Source: Escherichia phage phiKP26. From it: a stretch of DNA of 47,285 bases. The stretch is from the sequence record KC579452, one strand, 5' to 3'. Every line of letters begins with the position of its first letter. Positions within the stretch are counted from its first letter, which is position 1. The position numbers were made by a program, and so were the translations under genes. The notes beneath the pieces were generated by a model. The model ran no database searches. It was not told the origin of the DNA and saw only the letters and a program-made list of their open reading frames with translations. This document shows, piece by piece, positions 9,098 through 18,910 of the stretch.

Positions 9098-10543
9098 ATG
9101 GCTTACACAGAAATTGCTATGGCAGTAGGGAATTCACCTGAAATCTTAGCCAGGANCGTAAAAGTGATGATGTCATCAGGCTTTCAGCCATATGGTGATG
9201 TGCAGATGCTAAGCGGCACCCTCTTTGGCATGAAGATGGCGAAAGGAACAACAAACAACGTTGAAGACTTCATGGTTACATCCGACACCACAATTCAGGG
9301 GCTAGTTAACAGGGTTAACCGATATCTAGCGCAGGGCTGGAAAAGGTTTGGCAATGCTCACTTCGAGGATGGCGCTTATATTTCAGCTCTGGCTAAAGGT
9401 GATTTTGCAAGTGATGAAGNAGGGGGTTCAGGTGAAGCAGGTCCACAAGGTCCGGTTGGTCCGCAGGGTCCAGCAGGTCCCGCAGGCGAAGCTGGTCCGC
9501 AAGGCCCTCAAGGTCCAACTGGTGCAACTGGCCCAGCAGGTGCGGCAGGCGCCAAAGGTGACACTGGTCCGGCAGGCCCTGCAGGCCCGCAAGGTCCTCA
9601 AGGCGAGACTGGAGAAGCTGGTCCACAGGGTCCTATGGGCCCAACAGGTGCAACAGGTCCGGCTGGCCCAAAAGGTGATAAAGGTGATGCAGGTCCAGTT
9701 GGTCCGGCAGGCTTGACATTCCGTGGGGTGTACGACGCAGCGACAGCTTACGTTAAAGATGATGTTGTTACATTCAATAACTCCAGCTGGTTTGCTACCA
9801 CTGCTGTTACCGGAGAGAATCCAGATGTTAGCGATTCCTGGGAATTGCTGGCTGCACAAGGCGCCCCTGGCCCACAAGGAGCAACCGGTCCAGCAGGCCC
9901 GACTGGCCCAGCAGGCCCGGCTGGCATTCAAGGTCCTCAGGGAGAAAGAGGCCTTCAGGGTGAGCAGGGTCCGACAGGTCCGCAAGGCTTGCAAGGTGCA
10001 GCAGGTGCAGTCGGGCCTCAAGGCCCAGCAGGTCCTCAGGGTGAGCCAGGAATACAGGGTCCTGTTGGCCCTCAAGGTCCAATTGGCCCTAAAGGCGATA
10101 AGGGAGACCCGGGAATATCAAGAACCTTCATGAAAGTTAAANCATCGCCTGATGTTGGCACTAATCATATGTTAAGACTACCAGCTCCTCTTAACAACCT
10201 ATCTGTTGGTATAAGGCTTGATTCAACAGTGCTTTTTAGCATTAGAGCCTGGATTGATGAGGGAAGCACTGCCAGGAACATAAGAGGTAATATTGAGGGC
10301 TTCAATAATACAGATAACTACTTCAATACAACAGTAAGGACAGCAATATCTTCATCTTCCGTAACTGGAACAGCATTGGTTACTGGCATTGGTGAATTTC
10401 AAAGAATAAGGCCATATGTTTTTAGCTTTTATGAAACCACAACAGGAACGGCGTGGAGAGTAACAATAAATCTATTTACAGTCGGTTATGTTGTGAGCGA
10501 CAATCAAGACCTGTGTATAGAAGTTGTAAGGCTTGATGCATAA
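9098..10543 (+). CDS. collagen-like repeat protein (two G-X-Y blocks, globular N- and C-terminal domains)
   Basis: 481 aa; two long Gly-X-Y runs ([17 protein letters not shown]...) separated by a ~45-aa non-collagen linker; C-terminal beta-rich domain. Confidence 0.8.
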   Translation: MAYTEIAMAVGNSPEILARXVKVMMSSGFQPYGDVQMLSGTLFGMKMAKGTTNNVEDFMVTSDTTIQGLVNRVNRYLAQGWKRFGNAHFEDGAYISALAKGDFASDEXGGSGEAGPQGPVGPQGPAGPAGEAGPQGPQGPTGATGPAGAAGAKGDTGPAGPAGPQGPQGETGEAGPQGPMGPTGATGPAGPKGDKGDAGPVGPAGLTFRGVYDAATAYVKDDVVTFNNSSWFATTAVTGENPDVSDSWELLAAQGAPGPQGATGPAGPTGPAGPAGIQGPQGERGLQGEQGPTGPQGLQGAAGAVGPQGPAGPQGEPGIQGPVGPQGPIGPKGDKGDPGISRTFMKVKXSPDVGTNHMLRLPAPLNNLSVGIRLDSTVLFSIRAWIDEGSTARNIRGNIEGFNNTDNYFNTTVRTAISSSSVTGTALVTGIGEFQRIRPYVFSFYETTTGTAWRVTINLFTVGYVVSDNQDLCIEVVRLDA

Positions 10544-10568
10544 AATCAATAGAGAAATGATTACTCTA

Positions 10569-10596
10569 TTGTTCCAATTAAAATCTCGTGTATAAT
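10569..10596 (+). promoter_or_regulatory. sigma70-like promoter candidate for the major capsid gene (TTGTTC-N16-TATAAT)
   Basis: Perfect TATAAT at 10591-10596 with a -35-like TTGTTC 16 bp upstream; preceded by an 8-bp-stem hairpin (caatagag...ctctattg). Confidence 0.4.
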
Positions 10597-10634
10597 TGAC
10601 ACGTAAACTCATAAACAAANGGATGCATCTTAAT

Positions 10635-11582
10635 ATGACTATCAAACTTGACGCTTTCGAGCAAGAAAAGATCACTAACCACCTGCGAGCCATGGGCGTT
10701 GATAAGGCTGATGCAGCTGGTATCTGGACCGTGAAGCAGCTCACCGCAAGCCTGAATAAAGCTTACGAAACCGAGTACGACCAGAACTCCGTGGTAAACC
10801 TGTTCCCTGTAAGCAATGAAATTCCTGGCTACGCTAAGTACTTTGAGTATCCGGTATTTGATGGCGTTGGTATTGCTCAGATCGTGGCTGACTACACTGA
10901 TGACCTGCCGCTGGTTGATGCTTTGGCAACTGAACGTCAGGGTAAAGTTTNCCGTTNCGGTAACGCGTTCCTGATTTCCATTGATGAANTTAAAGTTGGT
11001 CAGGCTACCGGTCAGTCTCTGTCTACTCGCAAGCAGTCTCTTGCTTTCGAAGCTCATGACAAGCTGCTTGATAAACTGGTGTGGTCCGGCTCTACTGCTC
11101 ACGGCATCCCGAGTGTGTTCGACTACCCGAACATCAACAACGTTGTTAGCGGTGGTTCATGGTCTCAACCAACTACAGCAGTAAGCGATATTACAAGCCT
11201 GCTGGATATCATTGAGACTTCAACTAATGGTCAGCACCGTGCAACTCACCTGCTTCTGCCTACTACCGCCCGTCGTATTATGCAGAACCTGGTGCCTGGC
11301 ACTTCTGTTAGCTACGGTGAGTTCTTCCGTCAGAACAATAGCGGCGTAACCGTTGAGTTCGTTCAGTACCTGAATGATTACAATGGCACTGGTACCTCTG
11401 CAGCTATCGCTTACGAGAAAGACCCTAACAACATGGCAATCGAGATTCCGGAAGCGACTAACGCACTGCCGGCTCAGCCGCGCGACTTGCACTTCCGTGT
11501 TCCGGTAACTTCTAAAGCAACCGGTTTGATCGTGTTTAGGCCTTTAACTATGGCTGTCATGAAGGGCATTACTTTTGCTTAA
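10635..11582 (+). CDS. major capsid protein
   Basis: ~316 aa (MTIKLDAFEQEK...) with a strong upstream promoter and a terminator immediately downstream; head-module position. The ORF track start at 10596 is probably 5' UTR. Confidence 0.65.
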   Translation: MTIKLDAFEQEKITNHLRAMGVDKADAAGIWTVKQLTASLNKAYETEYDQNSVVNLFPVSNEIPGYAKYFEYPVFDGVGIAQIVADYTDDLPLVDALATERQGKVXRXGNAFLISIDEXKVGQATGQSLSTRKQSLAFEAHDKLLDKLVWSGSTAHGIPSVFDYPNINNVVSGGSWSQPTTAVSDITSLLDIIETSTNGQHRATHLLLPTTARRIMQNLVPGTSVSYGEFFRQNNSGVTVEFVQYLNDYNGTGTSAAIAYEKDPNNMAIEIPEATNALPAQPRDLHFRVPVTSKATGLIVFRPLTMAVMKGITFA

Positions 11583-11603
11583 TAGCACTTTTTGACAATG
11601 ACA

Positions 11604-11629
11604 AGCACCCTTCGGGGTGCTATTTTTTN
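11604..11629 (+). terminator. rho-independent terminator
   Basis: agcaccc-ttcg-gggtgct hairpin followed by a T6 run, directly after the capsid stop. Confidence 0.75.
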
Positions 11630-11652
11630 GTCTAAAGAAANGTGGAGGGGTT

Positions 11653-12118
11653 ATGATTAAGGTAAANGACATAATTGATCTTATAAATGTTGATAGTGAA
11701 AGTGGGGTGATAACATGGAAGCTCAGGGATTCAGGGAGGAAGCAGTGAAATACAAGGTTTACCGGTAAGNGGAGAGACAACGAGTTCATGGGTAGATAGG
11801 ATGATATGGAAAGTTGTTTATGGTGTAATACCTAAGGAGAGAGAGATAGATCACTGAAACATAGAATGATCGAAGAACTCATTATCAATGATTTAGGTGT
11901 GGAAATGAGGTCAGATCAGATNAAACAAAGACTGAAAGACCAACAATACATCTGGGTATAAAGGTGTATCATACTTTAAGCAAACCGATAAGTTCAGGGC
12001 GAGAATAATGCATAATGGTAACGACATGCATATAGGTTACTTCGATACAGCTGAAGGCGCTCACCGGGCCTACATGTTAAAGCAGGCAGAGTTGTGCGGT
12101 GAGTTTGCTAGAGGGTAG
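11653..12118 (+). pseudogene. HNH homing endonuclease with AP2-type DNA-binding domain, disrupted by frameshifts and stops
   Basis: Four frame segments read in order: MIKV.DIIDLINVDSESGVITWKLRDSGRKQ / GETTSSWVDRMIWKVVYGVIPKEREIDH / EELIINDL... / SGYKGVSYFKQTDKFRARIMHNGNDMHIGYFDTAEGAHRAYMLKQAELCGEFA (AP2-like). Confidence 0.6.
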
Positions 12119-12160
12119 CTATTGAGATATAATCAAACAATCGAAACAAAGGAGGAATAA

Positions 12161-12406
12161 ATGAAACTGTTACATAAAGGTGCTTGTGTTATCCGTCTTG
12201 GCGCAAAAGATTATCTTCCAGGCGACACTATCGAGGTTGAAGAGTTATCAGTTGGATTAAAGATTCTGGTAGCTGAAGGTAAGCTTGAGGTTGAGGATGA
12301 CCACAAGGCAACTAANGAAATCGAGCAGGAAGTTAAAGCCAAGGCTAAGCCCAAGAAGCAACCAAAGACTATTGATGAAGCTGAGAATGGCGGCGACTAC
12401 AAATAA
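12161..12406 (+). CDS. hypothetical structural-module protein
   Basis: 81-aa ORF with RBS (aaggagg), followed by a terminator-like hairpin. Confidence 0.45.
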   Translation: MKLLHKGACVIRLGAKDYLPGDTIEVEELSVGLKILVAEGKLEVEDDHKATXEIEQEVKAKAKPKKQPKTIDEAENGGDYK

Positions 12407-12410
12407 ACCA

Positions 12411-12436
12411 AAAGGGCGCTTCGGCGTCCTTTATTG
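12411..12436 (+). terminator. rho-independent terminator candidate
   Basis: aaagggcgc-ttcg-gcgtccttt hairpin (one G-U) followed by a T-rich tract. Confidence 0.5.
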
Positions 12437-12450
12437 TATGGAGATATCAC

Positions 12451-12852
12451 ATGAATGAAGAAGTAATTGCGTACATGCGCACGCTTTACCCGCCTCTTAA
12501 GAGTCAGCCTGATGATGTTCTTAACGCATGGATTGAGGTAGCCAAGCTATTCATCTGCTTAGACAAGTTTGGTGACAAGCAGGTTCAGGCACTGGCATTC
12601 TACACTCTTCACTTGCTTAGCCAGGATATTGCACTTAAGACTGAGAATGATTCAAGCCAGACATCATCTGAGCGGGTTAAGTCCTACTCACTTTCAGGCG
12701 AGTACACGATTAGCTACGATACAAGCACTGCCGCAGCTAGCTCATCAAACCTTGAGGAATCCTCATGGGGTAAGCTTTACATTGATTTGATGCGTCGCAA
12801 GGTTGGCCGCTGGGGCTTGATTACCTCTGGTGGGTCGAGGTGCTGCCGATGA
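12451..12852 (+). CDS. putative head-tail connector / adaptor protein
   Basis: 133-aa ORF, first of four overlapping small genes between capsid and major tail genes; call by position. Confidence 0.45.
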   Translation: MNEEVIAYMRTLYPPLKSQPDDVLNAWIEVAKLFICLDKFGDKQVQALAFYTLHLLSQDIALKTENDSSQTSSERVKSYSLSGEYTISYDTSTAAASSSNLEESSWGKLYIDLMRRKVGRWGLITSGGSRCCR

Positions 12853-13217
12853 ATCATGCACTTTTGCAGCAGCAAATTAAGGCTGGTATTAATCTCCTGT
12901 CAGATGGTGATGGAGTTTTCGAAGCTACGACACAGCCAGCCATCTCTATCGTTAATGGCTATGAAGTGCGCACACCAGGCACTTCCTACACTGTGCGGGG
13001 TGTTATCCGTGAATTCAAAGCGAGAGACATTGATGGTGACATCATCAAATTCGGTGACCGTCGCGGAATTTTTACTGCTGATTCAGTTGTATCGGAAGGA
13101 GACCGCATCTACATTGACCAGGAAGCATACACAGTAATTGACCCTCGACCAGTGAAGCCAACTGGCACGGTAATCGCCTACAGGCCAGTATTGCGGAGGG
13201 CTGCAACTTATGGCTAA
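12840..13217 (+). CDS. putative head closure / head-tail joining protein
   Basis: 125 aa; translationally coupled within the head-tail joining cluster. Confidence 0.45.
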   Translation: MLPMNHALLQQQIKAGINLLSDGDGVFEATTQPAISIVNGYEVRTPGTSYTVRGVIREFKARDIDGDIIKFGDRRGIFTADSVVSEGDRIYIDQEAYTVIDPRPVKPTGTVIAYRPVLRRAATYG

Positions 13218-13638
13218 TGACGTTGTNAGTTTCAGGAACTCAATTAACGCATGGATTGATGGAGTCACGGAGGGTGTAGAATTGATTGTGGAAGGCACAT
13301 TAACCAAGGCTGCCAACGACATCGTTAAGCTATCTCCCGTTGATACTGGTCGATTTAGAGGTAACTGGCAGGCTACTGGCAACTCACCAGCTGCGCAGTC
13401 ACTGAATAATTACGACCCTGACGGAAATGAGACTCGAAACTCTCTTCGTAGGCAGATCTACGCACTCGCCAGTGATAACAATACGAACGTAATTTACATT
13501 ACCAACCGCCTTGATTATGCGCAAGGTCTTGAGTTTGGTTCATCCAATCAGGCACCTTCTGGTGTTCTTGGAGTTGTCCAAAAGAGGCTTGGCCGTTACT
13601 TTGCTGAGGCGGTACAGGAGGCTAAACGTGCACTATGA
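13210..13638 (+). CDS. tail completion / neck protein (HK97 gp10-like)
   Basis: 142 aa; contains the PVDTGRFRGNW motif typical of the HK97 gp10 family. Confidence 0.55.
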   Translation: MANDVXSFRNSINAWIDGVTEGVELIVEGTLTKAANDIVKLSPVDTGRFRGNWQATGNSPAAQSLNNYDPDGNETRNSLRRQIYALASDNNTNVIYITNRLDYAQGLEFGSSNQAPSGVLGVVQKRLGRYFAEAVQEAKRAL

Positions 13639-14026
13639 AATGATGGTTGCAGCAAGGAAACTGGTTAGTGATGCGGCAGTTGATATTGCTGGCAGTCTAC
13701 CAGTTGCTTACGAGAACTGCGGATTCACGCCACCNAAAAACGGAAGTTCATGGTTGAAGTTTGATTACACGGAGGTTGATAGTGTGACATGGGGATTGCA
13801 GCGAACATGCAGGTATTACGTAGGCATGGTTCAGGTCTCTATATTCTTTTCACCAGGTGAGGGGACTGATAGACCTCGCCAATTGGCTGGGCGATTGTCA
13901 GAAGCTTTCGCCGATGGTACAATGCTTGACAGCGGATACATTTATGAAGGCGGATCCGTATTTCCTCCAGTGAAATCGCAATCCGGCTGGTTCATTCCTG
14001 TCCGATTCTACGTACGTATGGATTAA
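13628..14026 (+). CDS. putative tail terminator / tail-tube initiator protein
   Basis: ORF immediately before the major tail gene; GTG start 7 nt after GGAGG (an in-frame ATG lies at 13640). Confidence 0.4.
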   Translation: MHYEMMVAARKLVSDAAVDIAGSLPVAYENCGFTPXKNGSSWLKFDYTEVDSVTWGLQRTCRYYVGMVQVSIFFSPGEGTDRPRQLAGRLSEAFADGTMLDSGYIYEGGSVFPPVKSQSGWFIPVRFYVRMD

Positions 14027-14040
14027 TTAAGGAGATTTAC

Positions 14041-14691
14041 ATGGCCCATCTCAGCAATGGCACACAAATTTTTTTGCAAGGCTCTAAATCTGAATCGGTA
14101 GCCGTAACGGCTATCACTAACGCAGCTCAGCCAGTTATGACGGTAGCTGACGCTTCAACTTTCGCAGCTGGTGACTTCATTGTTGTTGAGTCATCTTCAT
14201 GGTCTAAACTTTCAGAGAAACAGTTGCGAGTAGTTACATCAACGGATACAACAATTACCGTTGAAGGCATTGACACTACTGACCCGCTTCAGTTCCCAGC
14301 TGGCGGAACGGCATCGATCTACAAGGTTCTTACCTGGTATGAAATGCCTTGTGTTCAAGACGTTTCAACTGATGGCGGAGAGCAGCAGTTCGTTACTTAT
14401 CAGTGCCTGGCTGATGACCGTGAGCAGCAGATTCCAACTTATAAGTCAGCGGTAAACACGACCTATACGTTTGCTCACGAGTTCACCAACCCGATCTACC
14501 CGGTACTCCGTAACTACGACGAGTCTGGCGCGCTGATTGCGATTCGTGCATACGTTCCTAAAGCTGGCGAAGTTCGACTTTGGACTGGCACTATCGCGTT
14601 TAACGAAACTCCAAACGTTTCCGTTAACGAGATCGAAACTGTATCCGTAGCAATTACGGTACGTGGACGCTATAGCTTCCTGGCTGCATAA
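14041..14691 (+). CDS. major tail protein
   Basis: 216 aa with a strong RBS (aaggag); position before chaperones and tape measure; terminator downstream. Confidence 0.65.
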   Translation: MAHLSNGTQIFLQGSKSESVAVTAITNAAQPVMTVADASTFAAGDFIVVESSSWSKLSEKQLRVVTSTDTTITVEGIDTTDPLQFPAGGTASIYKVLTWYEMPCVQDVSTDGGEQQFVTYQCLADDREQQIPTYKSAVNTTYTFAHEFTNPIYPVLRNYDESGALIAIRAYVPKAGEVRLWTGTIAFNETPNVSVNEIETVSVAITVRGRYSFLAA

Positions 14692-14697
14692 CAATCA

Positions 14698-14721
14698 AGC
14701 CCCTTCACAGGGGCTTTTTTN
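14698..14721 (+). terminator. rho-independent terminator
   Basis: agcccct-tcac-aggggct hairpin followed by a T6 run. Confidence 0.7.
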
Positions 14722-14764
14722 ATGTTATAATTTCAACTCAAACAAACACGAGAGGATTATTTAA

Positions 14765-15079
14765 ATGGCGAAATTCAAATTAAAATTAGGCGCGCTCCCT
14801 GATTTCAAGCTTCCGGTTAAGTTCCAGATGATCAACGGCGAGGAAGCTGAGGTTATCTTCAATGCCAAGCACCGTAAGGCTAAGGAGATTCAGGAAGTAT
14901 TCCAGACCGAAGGCCTTAAGGATTTTGACTTTGTTAAAGAGATTTGCAGCGGCTGGAACCTTGAAGAAGAATTTAACGACGAGAACATCGAAGAGCTGGT
15001 ATCTCTGTTCCCCGCATCCGTTCTGGCACTGACTAATGCTTACATGCAAGCTCTGGCGGGCCAGCGCGCAAAGGTCTAA
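14765..15079 (+). CDS. tail assembly chaperone (gpG-like)
   Basis: 104-aa acidic ORF directly upstream of the tape measure gene. Confidence 0.6.
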   Translation: MAKFKLKLGALPDFKLPVKFQMINGEEAEVIFNAKHRKAKEIQEVFQTEGLKDFDFVKEICSGWNLEEEFNDENIEELVSLFPASVLALTNAYMQALAGQRAKV

Positions 15080-15141
15080 AGCGCGCAGTATATCTACAGT
15101 ATCAAAGAGAGCCAACGGACGCCGAACTTGAAGCCATTGGA

Positions 15142-15396
15142 ATGCGGCGTTCCGATTACGAAGATGAGGAGCCAGAGGAGTTACACTTCGATGATGACAT
15201 GATGCTGGCATGGACTGTTTATCAGGCAGCTTCAACTCAATGGCGTGTAGGTATGAACGGCGCTACCGGAATAGATTATTCAGTACTCCCTTTCCTCTTT
15301 GATGTGTATAATGTCAAGGACAAAGAGATGACTTTAAATGACTTGCGAATACTGGAGTGCAAAGCACTTGAGATGATGCAAGTAAGGCAAAANTAA
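15142..15396 (+). CDS. tail assembly chaperone extension (gpT-like, probably made as a -1 frameshift G-T fusion)
   Basis: The -1 frame is open from ~15067 through 15396, overlapping the end of the G-like ORF; no canonical slippery heptamer seen. Confidence 0.4.
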   Translation: MRRSDYEDEEPEELHFDDDMMLAWTVYQAASTQWRVGMNGATGIDYSVLPFLFDVYNVKDKEMTLNDLRILECKALEMMQVRQX

Positions 15397-15430
15397 CCTC
15401 CCTTTGTGGAGGTTTTTTNATGGAGGTTAC

Positions 15431-18400
15431 ATGGCAGAATTTGCAGGTATCACACTTGGCGTTGACGTTCGCCAGGTTGACCAGGGCACAAAGTCCCTGC
15501 AAGANTTTAAACGTGCCAATGAACAGGCGGCAGCTGGAGTTAGCGAGTTCGTTAATGCTGAGCTGGTTGCGAAGAATCAGGCTCGCGACACTGCAAGGTA
15601 TCTTTCTGAGCAGAGAAGTGCTTTTCAGTCGCTTCAGTCTGCAATTGATCCAACAGCTTCAAAATTGCGAAAACTTCAAGATGCAGCAAGTTCTCTTGAT
15701 AAGGCCTTCTCCGCAGGGGTTGTTCCAGAGGCTGAGTTTTACAGGCTTGGTGAAGCATTAGAAACGCAAACAAATAGGTTAATAAGGTCTAGGTCAGCAT
15801 TAACTGAGGAGGGTAGGGCGGCTATAGAAGCTGCAAAAAATAAAGAGTCCGCTGAGAGGCAAGCGCAATCATTTATTAGGTCGCTTCAAGCGCAGGCTGA
15901 TGCAGCGACATTAAGTAGGGATGAGTTCTTAAAGTTAAGGGCGGCACAGCTTGGAGTTAGCGATCAGGCAGCACCAATAATAGATAGAATAACACAGGCA
16001 TCAAGTAACAATACTAACGCTATAGCAAATCAAAGTAGGGCGTTTCAGGCGGCTGGGATATCGGCAGGTCAGTACAATCAGGCCTTAAGGTTCCTTCCTG
16101 TACAGATCAATGATATCACCAGCTCGATTGCTAACGGTATGCCTTTATTTATGGTGCTTACCCAGCAAATACCGCAGATTACAGATTCATTTGGTGGATT
16201 TTCAAATACATTATCAGCTGCGCAAGGTGCAGTTATAGATTATGTATCATCAATAGGAGAGCTGAGAAGTTCATTTGCTGATGTTAAGACTCTTGGTGAT
16301 GAGGCTATCTTAAGGTTTGGTCGTGCTGCAACTATATTTGGTGGCGCGATAGTTGCTTCATTAGCTGTTCTTGGTAAAGCCGCTTACGACTCATTTATTG
16401 AGGTTAGGCAACTTAATAACGCAATAATTGAAACTGGAAGGTCGTCGACTTTATCAGTTGCCGCTATCAAGGATTACGCTGATCAGCTAAATGAAACATC
16501 AAGGGCAACAAAAGGTTCTATTGGTGACATTTACCAGTCGCTAGTATCAAACGGAAGGCTTACTGTTAGTCAGATTAACTTAATCGCTAAGTCTGTTGCT
16601 AACCTTTCAGCTGTTAGTTCAAGGTCTGCGGAATCAATAATATCTGACTTTGATAAGATAGCAAAAGATCCAGTTAAGGGGCTGATAGAGTTAGATAAGC
16701 AATTTAACTTNCTTAGCGAAGGGCAGTTGACCCTAGTTAACAACCTAAANGAAACGGAAGGGCAAACAGCAGCAGTAACAGCAGCTTTAGAAATATTTGC
16801 AGCTAGAAATGAGTCAGTTACAAAGCAGATTGAAGGCTCGCTTACACCTCTTGAATTGGCTTGGGGCGATTTCCGTAAGTTCGTTTCAGACACATGGGAT
16901 GCTATAGGTGACAGGACTATAGGAGCTCTAAACCTATTTACTGACGTTATAGCTGCGACTATTGAGCGAATAAGACTGATAATTGGCACTGGCGACAAGC
17001 TAATAAATGATTTCGTAATACGCGGAATAGAGGCGTTACAAAAGATACCAGGAGCATCTGGCGTTGGTAATGGAATAGCCGAACAACTAAGGAAGGATAA
17101 TGACGCAATAGAAAAGGAAAACATAAGGCTAGCTAAATCTATCGCTGATAGGGATGCAAGGGTTCGCAGGGGCGAGACTGGTTACTTGAGTGTTGGAGAG
17201 GGTTCAGAAAGTCAAACTGGAACTTCTGATAGAGATTCAGAATCAAGAAGAAAGGCTTTGGCCGATGAGATTAAAGCAATTGAGGAGAGAAGTAAAAAGA
17301 CAAAATCTGGAGCAAAAGAAGAGAGGGATTTGACTATAAGTTATGAGTCTGGCGTTCTAGCTCTTCAGGCTCAGCTTAAGGTTCTTCAGGAGCACCGCCA
17401 GATTAGTGATGTTATCAGTAACGAACGCAAGCAGCTTTTTGCGGAGGAAGCTAAGTTTGCAATCCTTAATGAAAGGCTTGCAGACGGAACCATCACAAAG
17501 CAACAGCGATCATTACTGTTGCAGCAGGATAAAATCTTAGGACTTGCTCGCGAGAAGGCTGAGATTGGCGACCAGATTGTGCTGCAAGAAAGGGCCAATA
17601 AACTTCTTGATGACAACATCAAGAAGACTCGGCAGATTAACGCTGAAGCGGCATCAATTAGTGTTGGAGCAGGATTATCTCAGCGCGAAGCGGAAAGGCG
17701 GCGTGAGTTGGCGGCGCTAGAAGCCCAGCAAATTTCTAAAGGTGGCTCCGTAGATGACACTGACTTCCAGGCTTTACTTCAGGCTCGTCAGAATTTCTAC
17801 AATCAGGAAGATGCATTACGTGGTAACTGGCTGGCTGGCGTTAAATCTGCGTTTGCTGAGACGGCTGATGAATTGGCAAACTTTAATCAGATTGGTTCCG
17901 AGCTAGCCATGAGTGCCTTTAACGGATTGACTGACCAGATAACAAACCTGGTAACTACTGGAGAAGCTAGCTTCCGTGAGTTTACCGCATCGATTCTGAA
18001 GCAGATTGCACGCATTGCAACGCAGCTACTTTTAATTAAGGCGATTGAATCAACCATCTCCAGTTTTGGCGGTAGTGGTGGTGCAATTGGCTCTATTGGT
18101 AGCGCATTTGGTTTCGCTTCTGGCGGTTATACTGGAAACGGTGGTAAGTACGAGCCAGCTGGCACGGTGCATAAAGGTGAATTCGTCTTTACGAAGGAGG
18201 CAACCTCAAGGATTGGCGTTGATAACCTTTATAAGTTAATGCGCGGATACGCAAATGGTGGAGTGGTTGGTGCTGGTCCTGGCTATGCGACTGGCGGGCT
18301 TGTTGGTGGAAGTAACGTTAATGTTGGTGGAGTGAATGTTACCGTTCAGACAGGTCTTGGCGGTGGTGGCGGTAATGACGCTAAACAGTTAGAATCTGGT

Positions 18401-18484
18401 ATCAGGGTTATCATCGCGGAAGAGATTACTCAGTCCTTCCAGCAGGGCGGAACGGCTTACCAGTTCTTGCGAGGTTATAGTTAA
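15431..18484 (+). CDS. tail tape measure protein
   Basis: ~1017 aa, largely helical and Ala/Gln/Leu-rich, with a Gly-rich C-terminal segment; canonical position. Confidence 0.85.
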   Translation: MAEFAGITLGVDVRQVDQGTKSLQXFKRANEQAAAGVSEFVNAELVAKNQARDTARYLSEQRSAFQSLQSAIDPTASKLRKLQDAASSLDKAFSAGVVPEAEFYRLGEALETQTNRLIRSRSALTEEGRAAIEAAKNKESAERQAQSFIRSLQAQADAATLSRDEFLKLRAAQLGVSDQAAPIIDRITQASSNNTNAIANQSRAFQAAGISAGQYNQALRFLPVQINDITSSIANGMPLFMVLTQQIPQITDSFGGFSNTLSAAQGAVIDYVSSIGELRSSFADVKTLGDEAILRFGRAATIFGGAIVASLAVLGKAAYDSFIEVRQLNNAIIETGRSSTLSVAAIKDYADQLNETSRATKGSIGDIYQSLVSNGRLTVSQINLIAKSVANLSAVSSRSAESIISDFDKIAKDPVKGLIELDKQFNXLSEGQLTLVNNLXETEGQTAAVTAALEIFAARNESVTKQIEGSLTPLELAWGDFRKFVSDTWDAIGDRTIGALNLFTDVIAATIERIRLIIGTGDKLINDFVIRGIEALQKIPGASGVGNGIAEQLRKDNDAIEKENIRLAKSIADRDARVRRGETGYLSVGEGSESQTGTSDRDSESRRKALADEIKAIEERSKKTKSGAKEERDLTISYESGVLALQAQLKVLQEHRQISDVISNERKQLFAEEAKFAILNERLADGTITKQQRSLLLQQDKILGLAREKAEIGDQIVLQERANKLLDDNIKKTRQINAEAASISVGAGLSQREAERRRELAALEAQQISKGGSVDDTDFQALLQARQNFYNQEDALRGNWLAGVKSAFAETADELANFNQIGSELAMSAFNGLTDQITNLVTTGEASFREFTASILKQIARIATQLLLIKAIESTISSFGGSGGAIGSIGSAFGFASGGYTGNGGKYEPAGTVHKGEFVFTKEATSRIGVDNLYKLMRGYANGGVVGAGPGYATGGLVGGSNVNVGGVNVTVQTGLGGGGGNDAKQLESGIRVIIAEEITQSFQQGGTAYQFLRGYS

Positions 18485-18515
18485 TAAATGGGGCTTCGGC
18501 CCCTAAGGATTTTAA

Positions 18516-18866
18516 ATGGCATTAGATACTTTTACATGGTGTACCCAAATTCAAGGTGGATCAGCAAACTTTACTAACGCGAATAACGTTAGGGTTGTTA
18601 GCTTTGGCAATGGCTACGAGCAGCGCGGAACCGGAGGTTACAGGACCAATAAGCGCACCTACAACATGACCTACACCAACACCAGCTGGAAGGAAGTGTT
18701 GGACTTCTGCTTTGCTCACATCATCACCCCGTTCGCATGGACAACTCCGCAGGGTGAGCTTAAGCTGTTTGTTGTAGCTCAGGACAGTATCAGCGTCACA
18801 CCAAACACCAAGGACGTGCAGACTGTATCAATGCAGTTTGTAGAAGTTTTCACATCTATGCAGTAA
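18516..18866 (+). CDS. minor tail protein (lambda gpM-like)
   Basis: 116-aa ORF directly after the tape measure gene; M-L-K-I-J order follows. Confidence 0.6.
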   Translation: MALDTFTWCTQIQGGSANFTNANNVRVVSFGNGYEQRGTGGYRTNKRTYNMTYTNTSWKEVLDFCFAHIITPFAWTTPQGELKLFVVAQDSISVTPNTKDVQTVSMQFVEVFTSMQ

Positions 18867-18867
18867 A

Positions 18868-18910
18868 TAGCACTAATTGCTAAACAGAAATACCAAGGAA
18901 GGTTTACAAT
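18868..18910 (+). promoter_or_regulatory. palindrome/-10 promoter-like element (tagcactaattgcta-N22-tacaat) inside the tail module
   Basis: Family member directly upstream of the moron-like ORF 18930-19154. Confidence 0.4.

Noticed and set aside
9393-10082. Long minus-strand and alternative-frame ORFs (77-215 aa) overlapping the collagen-like gene
   Set aside because: They are by-products of the GC-rich Gly-X-Y triplet repeat, which keeps several frames open; low-complexity Leu/Arg/Cys translations with no start context.
16570-17124. 184-aa minus-strand ORF inside the tape measure gene (similar antisense ORFs at 8018-8323, 10578-11102, 4937-5287)
   Set aside because: Antisense ORFs embedded in well-supported long genes, with no RBS and no independent signal; typical shadow ORFs.
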